Shown piece after piece: positions 29,175 to 40,674 of a stretch of 64,000 nt of DNA. The notes beneath the pieces are model-generated. The model was not told where the DNA came from, made no database searches, and saw only the letters and a program-made list of their open reading frames with translations. Both the position numbers and the translations under genes were made by a program. The stretch comes from Geosiphon pyriformis uo1 (lineage: Eukaryota; Fungi; Glomeromycota). How positions within the stretch are numbered: position 1 is the first letter of the stretch; the number at the start of each line of letters is the position of its first letter. Where the stretch lies: assembly GCA_016748015.1 (NCBI GenBank), contig JAAOMT010000436.1:940033-1004032 (forward strand), in the 5' to 3' direction.

Positions 29175-31430
29175 TTGGAAAAAATTGATATAATGGGATA
29201 AATTGTGGGGCGGGAGTGTTATAAAGTTGAGGTAAGTGTTTTGAGTAGAAAAGAAAAGGTAGTAAAACTTTCAAATTATTTTATTATTAATTAAACATTA
29301 TATGACCTCGGATTGTTAGAGATTCTTGGAAATATTTAAAACAAGTTTGATGATCGTTTGGTTGCAATCTCGGTGGCTAATTGCTAAGATTGTTTTAACA
29401 TGATATTAAAAATAATTAGGTCTTCTTTGTATGAATAAACAACAAAATGGAAAAATTAGTTAATTTTTTCAGATTTGAGGTTTTATGGGTTTTAGTTTCC
29501 TTGACGATAAAATCATATTTTGAAATCTTATCCATTACAATAATCTGTTGAGATAATTATTGATTTTTTTTTAAAGAACAATTTATCGAGATTCAAATTT
29601 AAATAGTGATACGAGCTTTACTATCTTTGGGATTAAAGATCTTGATCGCTCTTGCAATTGTCATTTCAGCAATGGTCAATTTATTTAGATCAGATCTTGA
29701 ATTGGGCCAACGTATCATTTCATCATAATCCTCATCAAATATGTAACAGAAAATTCGCCTAATATAAGCACTATTTTTGATTATAAATTTTTATTCATTT
29801 TATAATTTTGTTAAAAGAAAAATAGCTAATAAAAATTATCGATAGCACCATTTAACTTTCATTTATCTCCTGATCAGATCTTGTAAATGTTAGTGTACCT
29901 TCACCTTTACTCTGCTCTTGGGAAGAAATTAAAACTTCAAAAGAATTCTTACAAATGTTACCTACCCTAATTAGGATTAGTGCTAGGATTTTAGCCGACC
30001 CAATTACCCCCAACCAAACCCCAAGATTGGGGTCTGGCGGATGCGAATATATTTTGTCAATCGGAATGAATACCATAATACCGTCCAGCCAAAGCTTCAA
30101 CCTTCATCTGCCTTCCCTGGTTAGGTAAATTTGAAGACCTTAATTAATTGTGAACATCTAGATTCACACCAGCTTCTCGAACTTCAACACTTCTTCTTAT
30201 GGAACTTGGAGCCAATAGGTTTTGGCTATTCAGACTCATTCCACCCATTCATGAGTATCGGATTCGACCTTGCACAATTGACCAAAAACTTTTTGCTAAC
30301 TCTCCCCCCATTCCCAGCCTTCTATAGCTGCTAGTAAAATGTCTTGAAATATAATTTTAAACACGATCAGCAATTATATTGATATATAATTGGTAAGGAA
30401 TAAAATAAAACAGGTATAATTGATTTACCACTTAACATATTATAATGATACTCAAACATATTTTAAATCTCAATAATGATTAATGAGAAAAAAGATAGTA
30501 TGAAATGAAATTTCAAGATATAAATAAGAAACCTATAGTCTAATATATCAAATCATTTTCATAAAAGGATATTAAAAATCGAAATCGAAAAGATGTAATC
30601 TAATTTTTTGAAACTTCAAAGGAGTTTGAGTTAAAAATTGATAATTTCTCGTTTCCTTGAATTTCAGATCAGAATAGAGATACAAGCTTTAAACAATGAG
30701 ACCCAATTTAATTTGACGTCACAGCCTACCGGAGTTAGACAAGATGCTGACAGCCCCAGAGTAATCGAAACCTCTTCACTGATAACAACCTGCTGTGTAG
30801 TTGACATGTCCGTTGACTCTTTTACTACCAAAGTGGCTGATTACTGCGAAATCAAGAAACTTTTTTGTCTTCCGTTCAACGGACTCATGTTAGGGTTTCT
30901 GCACAGTAAGCAAACTGGAAACGCTCGAGATTTTAACTCGTTGGTCTTTACTAAACTGGTAGTTAAAACTTGTGATTACATATTTAGTCGCTATTAACAA
31001 TTTATTTTCCTGGGCGCGAGTTGAAGAATGTAATTAATGACGCTAGGGATGGGAACGTCATCAATAGATGCCTGTGAAGATCATCTCATTCGGATCTTTG
31101 TTTCTCCAAAAAGATCATAGATCGAGAAAGCTAGATTTTCTATCAAATTCCGTCATTGTGTCATTTTTGGAAACTAAATTCGGCTTTCTCCTCAAAAAAT
31201 TTAAAAATGAATTCATTTTCTTTTAACGATTTATGTCAATGAGGATTAAAAACTTAATAGCCAATCTAATTGTAATTTATTTAAACTTAATTATTGATAT
31301 TGAACTTATAAAGTGAAGAGAAACTTCAATAAATTTAAAAAACTTTTCCGCTCAAAATTTTCTTTAATTTCGTCAAATACCTCTACAACTTCCCTGTACC
31401 ATTGTACACCAGTATCTATCTTCATAATAA

Positions 31431-34400
31431 ATGTCTTCAGTCGAAGATAGTAGCGAGAGTGATACATTTGAGGACGCTCAAGAATCATTCTATGATTCTA
31501 ATGGTCGACCCATATCTTTTAGCTACCCTTCTACAACATTATCTTCTACCGATGGCAATCATCAAGAAGGGTTTTCTTTAGGTAGAACAGAATCAATCAA
31601 TGGAAAACCAAAAAATTTAAAATTACCATTGGTTCCAGAAATTTCGGTGACTGACACATCCTTGGAGGAAAACTTGAATAATCAAGCTCGAGAAATTTCT
31701 GTAGATCTAAATACACCGAGAGTTGAAAAAGAAATTTTGTTGTTATCTCAAGGTTAGGAAATATATTGATTGGCGTTTGTTTTTTATATGAAAATTAAGT
31801 TTTAACAACAACACTATCATTCGCTCATTCATTTCGGACTTCTCAAACTTTTCCAAACGCCGAGCAGCCAAAAATCATGGGCACACTATAAAACAGACAA
31901 ATCTTGGTGGGGAACCGGAGGTAACCGTGTATATCAAAGACTTGGACACTGGAAAACGCTTCCCAGTCAGTGATGTCGAGGAGGAGCTTAAGAAATCTAA
32001 AAATGTTAACATTGACCCGTTATCATTTCAAATATTGAAAAGGACCCGAACGGATAGCCAAATGAGCAGTCCAATTCTTGACGATGATGCCACGCTAAAG
32101 GGTAGTGGTAATTGGGATAATTTAACAAAGGGCATTTATAATGACAATGAAACTGAAAAGTATTACAGTGATGGGGATCAACACAAATTCCGGTCCGAGA
32201 AAGAGAATGCCAAGTCACACCGGTACATAATCATCCACTCAATCTCCCATGGACAAAATTCATCCATATATTTATGAAATATATTTGTTTTAATTTCATA
32301 TTACAGACAGTCCAAGTCCTTCCTTCTTAGACTTAAAAAAAGAGCTTCACGTCATGAAAAATTGGATGATGATAATGATCATAATGATGATGATGATGAT
32401 GGTGATAATGTGGTGACAGGCAATACTGCACCAGTATTTTTTGAATCTGTCGGTGGATATGGTCAACCACAACCACAGTATATCAAGGTAAGATTTTGAT
32501 CCATATAATCCTTCGATTTATACAGAAAATTGTTTGCTATTCGATTGCAATGCTTGCCTATTTTTTAGGTTCGAACACGTAACAAAAGCTCTAAAGAATG
32601 TAACCGATTATTTCTTGCCCAAGAACTTTCTAATCCATCATCAAGTATGCCTCAACAATTTGATGATAATGGCGATGAAAATAAATCTTGTGCAATTTGG
32701 GTCATGAAGTTTAGCAAAGATGGTAAGTTTCTAGCGAGCGGAGGAAAGGATATGGTTGTCAGGGTCTGGGCTGTGATATCAAGTGATGAGGAACGGGAAC
32801 ATTTCTTGGAAGGAAGTGGGATCAGTATTTATGAAGGGATTAGTGGCACCAAATTGCGAGCACCTGTTTTTCGAGATAAACCTTTTTATGAATATGTGGG
32901 CCACACGGCGGATATTCTTGATTTAAGTTGGAGTAAGGTATGAAAACTGACAGAATAGAGTAATTTCTCTATATACATTATTTTTAAGGGAAAATCAATT
33001 TAAAATAGAATAATTTCTTGCTCTCTTCTTCGATGGATAAAACTGTGAGGTAATTCTTTAGATTCATACGCCACAAAAATTTTCAATTTATTATATAATT
33101 GAATATTTTATAGATTATGGCACATCACTCGAAAAGAATGCTTGTGCTGCTTTCAACATTCGGATTTTGTCACTGCGATTGCTTTTCATCCTAAGGTTGG
33201 TCAATTACCTGATTTTCTCTTCCCAATCCAATTTCTTTCATTCAATTCATCCTCTGTTTAGGACGATCGATTTTTCTTATCGGGCTCTTTAGACTGCAAA
33301 TTGCGTTTATGGAACATTCCCGAAAAACGCGTCGCATATTGGAATGAGATTGGTGAATCTCAATTAATTACGGCTGTTGGGTTCACGGCTGATGGCAAAA
33401 TAGCAGTGGCTGGTAGCGTCAACGGCTTATGCTTATTCTTTGAGACTGATGGTTTAAAGTACAACACCCAAATTCATGTGCGAAGTTCTCGTGGTCGTAA
33501 TTCAAAAGGTAGAAAGATCACAGGGATCGAAGCTATGCCAGGGACTCCTGCTGGTCAGAATAAGGTAAGATTCTAAAAAATACTCGTTTTACTTGATTCA
33601 ATTGATTTATTAATAGAAAAGTTTTGTCTCCTTAGCTTCTAATCACCTCTAACGATTCAAGAATTCGTTTATACAATATGCGTGATAAGTCATTAGAATA
33701 TAAATATAAGGGACTGGAAAACACCAGCAGCCAAATTCGTGCCACTTTTAGGTAATTCTTATTACTTTGATTAGATTTTATATTAATTGTTTTCACAAGG
33801 TTCAAAAAATATTCTTTGCTGTGCTAGTGATGATGGCCGATATATCATTTGCGGGTCAGAAGATAGGAATGTTTACATTTGGAATACAGATCAATCAAAT
33901 TTGAATTCTCTGAGTAATGGTCCTGGCACTAGTTGGCTTAAGAAAGACAAACCAAGTTTCGAAACTTTTGAAGGTAATTAATATTTCTTCTTCTTTGTGA
34001 TTCAATTTATTCCTACCATTTTAACAACAATTTCAATATCGCATTTTATAATTTTCCTCAGCCCATTCAAACGTAGTTACAGTGGCCATCTTTGCCCCGA
34101 CTCGAACAAGACAATTGATAGCAATGACAGGTGATCCAATATTTGCCCATAGTTTAAACAGCGGTAACGCTACTATGCCTATCAATCAAAGCTACCCTGA
34201 TGGGAATATTATTGTTGCTGCAGATTACAATGGCCGCATAAAAATTTTTCGCAACGATTGCTCTTACTATCCTCAACATGATCCTGATACCATATCCATT
34301 AGAAGCACGCGTTCTTGGAATTCTAGCTTGGGACAATTATTGACGCGAAATGGTAAAGGCATCTTAAATAGGCGACGCCGAAAGAGTGACGCCTCCAGTA

Positions 34401-34603
34401 TGTATTCAGGTTATGCACCAAGTGCAACCAGTCTTGAAGCACCTGTTCACGGGTCTAAGCCTGAATGTGTTATCGGAGAAGAAATGCGATGCCAATGTGG
34501 TTCTACGGAATTTAAAGCCTTTTTCACACCAGAGACCACATCTACATCAAATTCAAGATTGGTTTGTGCACAATGTGGAAACTCGGATGTTATTATGAAT
34601 TAA
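31431..34603 (+). CDS. WDR44/Rab11BP-like (yeast Dgr2/YMR102C-type) WD40 protein, ~10 exons
   Basis: N-terminal FFAT-like DTFEDAQE. Motifs IWVMKFSKDGKFLASGG, GHTADILDLSWSK, FQHSDFVTAIAFHP, DDRFFLSGSLD, KITGIE, LITSNDSRIRLY, ICGSED. Confidence 0.9.
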
Positions 34604-34847
34604 TGACAATTGATTTCTGGGTTTTAATTGGCAAATTGAGCTGGAGAAAAAATAACTGTAATATAATCATAGAATATCAATTATCAAGTTAGTTTTCATA
34701 TTTCCTATGTACAAAATATGCATCCTGTTATTAGCATTATTAGTCATTTAAATTATAAAATAAAAGATAAATAATTAGAACTTGAATTTTGCCAAAATGT
34801 TTGAAAATAACGAAGCAAAATTACATTCCTTCACGCATTTTTCAAGT

Positions 34848-36145
34848 ATGGAAAATCTAAATTACGCAGAGACAACGCACTTTTTAAAAAGAGGAAAACA
34901 AAAAAAAAGGAAACGTAACATTGGATTAAAGCTTAAAGAAGAAACTGTGGAGGATTTGATCACTGGGATTGAGGAGAAAAAGTAACCACTCTGCAAGTTC
35001 CTCACTTTACTCTTCATAATGGGCAAAAACAAGATTTACATCTCCTTCCTTAATTTTACAAGAAACTTGTTGGAGAGTAGCCAGTTCTATAAAGAAATCA
35101 AAGGCAAGTTTTGATTCCCTTTGTCCTTAAGATTTCTTGGGACTAACACATTTATCTGATAATAGAATCAATCCAAGGAACTCTATTAAATCCAGTTTGT
35201 TCCTCACTCGTTGATATCGTATCTTATGGCATTGGTAGTATTCAAGATTCTCGTATGTCTCAATATCAGTTTGCTTTTCTCTTGTTATTGTGGAATTTAT
35301 TTCAGGTGATGGAAACATTTTATTTCAGGTCATTAAAACATATTGATTTGGCCATTCTATCTGATTCTTTTCCCATTTTCAGATACCCGGGGCCGTGTAT
35401 GCTTACGATCCGATATTTACTACAATAGATGTGCAAATCTTACTACATTATGGGATAAAACTGATAGACAAAAACGAGGTATTGCTAAAAAAAAACAAAA
35501 ACAAAGATATCTGAAATTATTTTCCATGAAGTTACTTATAAAGCATACTTTGCTATTGCAACTGTAACCTGATCGATTCTCTAAGAGCGCTAAACGACCC
35601 ATCATCCAGCCTACATTATTTTATATGCCTCATTGCCCAATTGGCTTATATAACAATGTAGTCGGGGCAAATTGGGAAAGGACTCACTTAACGAGGATGC
35701 TCATTATAGGAAATCGGCTCGATTACTATCTTTATATGTAAAGTCTTATACAAGGAAGATTTGAATATTGATTTTCCATGCACTCTTTTCATCAACTTGA
35801 AAAGTGGTATCTTTTGATAGGTATACAGCGACGAAATTTGAAGCAAAAGCGCCTTATTTACCTTCAATATCCTTTTAATTCGGAAATAGTTTTATGGCTC
35901 TTTATTTCGAGTTTTTATTTATTTAACTTTAACCGACTCCCTATAACGCATTGGCAATTATGCAATCCCTTCCATTTCCTTTACTCAATGAGACTGACAA
36001 TTCATTGTCGGTGATGCCCAGCTACACATTCATCGAAACATGTTGGCAATGGTTTCCCGCAAATGGAAGACTAGCAAATCATGGAGATGATGATATTGAA
36101 TTTTGGAGTTCTAAAATATTCCCCGAACTTGAGAGTGATAATTAA
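34848..36145 (+). CDS. SRR1: SRR1/BER1/SRRD-like protein, 7 exons, ~268 aa (not represented as an intact ORF in the track)
   Basis: Exons 34848-34981, 35063-35103, 35166-35305, 35383-35478, 35586-35737, 35821-35866, 35948-36145 (807 nt). Family motifs DIVSYGIGS...SQYQFAFL, YDPIFT, PTLFYMPHCPIGLYNN...NW...IIGN. Confidence 0.88.
35867..35947 (+). other. U12-type (minor spliceosome) AT-AC intron
   Basis: 5' splice site ATATCCTTTT, branch-like CTTTAAC 35927-35933, 3' end TATAAC. It contains an in-frame TAA, and removal joins APYLPS|ALAIMQ in frame. Confidence 0.85.
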
Positions 36146-36811
36146 GTTTAGAAATTCATTTGATTTCCCTTATTGGCTCTCAGTTGCCTCAAAATTTGTA
36201 AAGGTGAGACATCAAAGGATATGTTGGCAATTGGATTCGTTAATTTTATTACGTTGACTTTTATTGTCATTCCAAAGGGACGTTCTGCCTTTAGAATGGG
36301 TTTCTGAAGAAGAGAATACTATTATATGCAAAAATAGAGATGAATTTTATTATCTTTATTAAAATGAAACTTATTTAAAAAATGGACGGATAATAAAATC
36401 TGAAATTTCAGCAAAAAATATTAAAGTAAATTTAAGAGCTTGTAAATCAAACGATTATTATTTAATTTAAATAATAATTCAAAGATTGAAATTTTTGGTT
36501 TTAAATAAATTCTCTATTTGAATAATTATTTTTCCATTTATTAATTGTGTTAATTTTAATTAATTTGGTTTTTAACAACATTAATAAAAAAATTAAAAGA
36601 TATTATATTCAATAAAATTTTAAATTTAAATTTGGCTGTAAAACATTAAATTAAACACAGTCAAAAAAATTTCTCATACAAATCATTATTTTTTAAAAAA
36701 ATATTATATTACAATTATGTAATATTTAAGAAAAATCAATAATTTATAACAATTTTCAATATTATATATTTTTAATATTTGCATTAAATATTGTTTTTTT
36801 ATTATTAAAAG

Positions 36812-39425
36812 TTTAACGAGTAAAGTCCAAACACCACCTAGTGCTATACATCATACAAATGATCTAAACTAGGTGCGAATCATGCCTTTGCTACATGTGA
36901 CCAGACACTCAAACTAGTCAGAACAACACTACACACTTATATGAACAGAAGCCATGTTACCAACACCTGCATAAAACAAACAATACTTACAATACCCAAA
37001 ACTGATGCCAAATGCATTAGCAACACCCAACAACCTAATCACCCCAGCCAAAAGCCATGTAAAAAAACCAGAAACAGCAACAGGAATGGAACCATCATGT
37101 GGAATCAGCTTATTCTTTTCCATAATGGCCTGGTGTTTTGCATAGACCAGCCAAATATTATCATGAAATACAAGACAAAATTCACGTACAAAATTCACAA
37201 TATTAACCACTACCATCTTAGGATCCTTGTAAACAGAAACAGACTCATGATACCAATCACCGAAAACAAAGCCCTTACACAGGGCCATACTGACAGTTAC
37301 ATCTGAAATGCAAGTCGACAATAACTGCAATACACATGAAAAAGAATGAAACAGACCAGAACACACCTCCTAGGCAGCTGCATAAGTGTCCAACAAACTG
37401 GCATGACTATCAGTGTCAGAAAAGCAAGAAAAGACATGGTCTGAGATTTCAATCTTATCACAGAACAAACAAACTACACTGAGATAACTCCTATTATACA
37501 GATGCTTTCGCACAGCAACAGAAAGGTAATGATGAAGGGCCTTTATGAAATATGTACGAAAGCCAGCCATCCAAATATTAGTAAAACCAATTGCCATGTG
37601 GGAATCCGGGTGCCACACCAAAGAGGACCTGGACCAATCAATATCACTATGCAAATCATCTGCCACAACTTTTGAGCTGGAACCAATCTCTCAATGTGCT
37701 CAATGAACAGACTGAAAAACATTATGAATGAAATGCCTAGAATTACCAGAAACCACAGCACCACCAGCTCTCAAAAAACATTTGCTAATCAAATAGGGCA
37801 GCTGCCAAGGCGAGAAAGCAGCATCTTTAGCAAGTGCATCAGCATGCTCATTGTCCAAAACACCCAAATGACCTCTTACTTTGACCCAGTTCACATCTAA
37901 ATTTTTTTGACAAATAATATTAGCAATGTGGCACCATTCGATCCAGCACCAATTCCTAAAATCCAGACAAACCAACAAAGACTCAGATTTGCATACATCT
38001 AAAGCTGACTGGCTGTCTGAAAACAAGTCAACTGAACAGGAAGAGAAAACACACTCAAGAGCCAGTGCAATGGCTTGCAGCTCTGTCAGAGTAGAAGAAA
38101 CCAGACCAGACACCCCTACACCCAAACCTAAATCAATGTCCTCAAAAAAAACAGCTGCACCAGCTTTCATATCAACAGTTCCCAAACTAATCAGAGACTC
38201 ATCCATATATGTAGAGAGGCAAGCCATATCAGTATTCAAAAGATTGTCACAAACGACACCAAAATCATGAGATTGACGAATATCAGAGGAGACATGACCA
38301 TCTATAGGCGAAAAACAAACAGAAGAAAAAGCAGCATCATTGAAAAAACAAACAGAGAGATCAAACCAGAAAAGAACCAGGCCATGGAGATCTAATCTCT
38401 TTCAATGCTTGAAAGTCTGCCAACTGAAAGGAATACCACTTTTATTACAGAGTTGGTCTACAAAGACAATTCTATAGTACTGGAGTGAAGAAACACACTT
38501 GACAAAATTAGGCTCACCAAGAACAAGAGACATAGGGGTGCCATTCCGAAGGCGAAAAGCACAGGCCAGAGAGCCATCCAAGGACAAACCACAACCAGAA
38601 AAAATATGAACCACACCCGCCAGAAAGTTATTCAAAGGAATGACACCAATACAAGCCAGAAACAGCAAAAAATAATGAGGATGCCAACTAAGAGCCTGGA
38701 AATCAAAGGACCTGTGAGAGAACAAATGACCCAAAACACCAATCAAATTTGCAAAAGCAACAACAGATGCTGATTTGCTCTCAGCCTGAATCTGCTCAAA
38801 AGTTTTCAAACCATATAAAGAGAGATGATGGAGCATGTCATTGAGAAAATCAACCAGCAGGCCAGCCTTAGATTTCAAACTCTTGCAAATCATAGCATCT
38901 CACTTATTGTACATACTAATAGAAACAAAACTAAATTGAGTCTTATAATTGATGATAGGAAAAAGAACTGCAGACACCAAATACATAAACTGTTTATCTG
39001 ACACAGCCTTCCTAAAAACAAGATTGATGAAAAAACAAATGTCCGAATAAGCCTTTGCCAGACTGGGCTTCAAAAGACTCTTAGAAGATAGAAATATACC
39101 CAGATAATGATGAGACTCCCCTTTTTTGGCAATAGAAATAGGTAACCCACTAACAGTCAGATAGAGACTCACTACTCGACAGTTAATAGAAATGGCTACA
39201 GTCTTGTCATTATTAATCGAAATGTTATTGAACCTGAAAAAATTACTAACAATATTGAGAATGTGTTGCATAATAGCCTGGCTGCTACCAACCCAAATTG
39301 TATCATCAACAAAAGCACCAGCAGCCAAAAATGAAATCAGCCCAGTCTAAGATTCAGCCCAGCCAGTTTTGGAGATAAAATAAGAATTCAATCTATAGTT
39401 ATACACTTTCTTGTCTTTTAACCTC
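36812..39425 (-). mobile_element. LINE copy B: 3' part (RT C-terminus, RNase H, Zn finger, 3' UTR); 5' truncated or eroded
   Basis: AGAFVDDTIW (RT), ELQAIALALE/FSDSQ/WVKVRGH (RNase H), CLFCDKIEISDHVFSC. 3' UTR matches 47273-47390. Confidence 0.92.
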
Positions 39426-40674
39426 ATAAATATTGTTACAAATTAAAGTAACAAGTTAATAGATAATAAAAAAGAGATTATTGAAAATAATAAAAATAAT
39501 CAAAGAAAAAATTCAATTAAAAAAACAAATTAAATTTGTAAAAATTTAATATGTATAATTAGTCTTAAAATTATTTTGTTTATTAGGTATTAAAAAATAA
39601 AAAAAGCATTAATCAGATTAAAAAACATAATTATGAAAAAAACAGCATTATTAAATTAATTTAACATTGTATTAATTCTAAAAAACAAGTATATATCTTT
39701 TTTAATAATAGTATTTAATTAATAATAATTAATACAAAAGCACAAAATTTTATTTTTTTGAAATTATTACTATTAAAAAAATCTATTTATTTTTGGTTTT
39801 CTGTATAAATTTAAGTTTTTCTATCTAGTTTATTTTTTTTGATAAAATTATTATTGTAATAATTAAATTAATATGGTTTCAAATAAATATAACAAAATTT
39901 TTTAATAATAATAGTGTATTATATTATATTAGTTTATTTAAAAATTTAGGTTTTTTTTAATATTATTAAATTGTTTCTAATCAATAAATTTTTATATATT
40001 TTTTTCTTTTAAAAAAAGTTTTTTTGTTTTATTATTAATAATTATATTTTTGAAAATTTATTTTTGAAAAATTTTTGTACTTTTTTTAATATATTTAACA
40101 AAACATATATTTATTATATTAATACCAAACACAAAAATTATATTATTAATAATAATATTTGGTTTTTTTATCAAATTTTTTATTAAAAATTCTTTAGAAA
40201 ATATTATAATATAATTAACAAATTAGTTTACTATTAATTATGATTTTTTTTTGTTAATTTTAATATTGTTTAAAGCTTTATTATTATTGATAAAGATAAT
40301 ATAAACAAATTTAACAATTTTTTTGTGTTTTTCTTTGTTTTTTATTATTGTTTTTTTTATCTTTTAATTTATTTAATTGTTTTTTTTATTTTGTTTTAAT
40401 TTTAAAAAAGTTGTTAATTATAATAAAATTGTTATTGTATTTAATAATTAATTTACAAAGTTTATAATTAAACAAAGCTTTAATTTTTTTAAGCTATTTT
40501 TTAGGTTTAAAAATTTCTATATTAATATAAATACTATTAATATAAACAAAAATAGCTTTAATTATATTAAAATTTTTTTTTGTTATTATATACATTAATT
40601 ATAAGTTAAATTATTAAATTATTAAATTTTTTATTAATTGCTTTAAAAAAATATTTAATAATAACATAAATTAA

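Noticed and set aside
29955-29980. CTACCCTAA as a telomerase RNA template or interstitial telomere
   Set aside because: It does not give 1.5 clean TTAGGG repeats, and no other supporting element is visible.
36210-36225. Second ATATCCTTT (minus strand) as another U12 donor
   Set aside because: No coding exon, matching branch site or AC end could be assigned.
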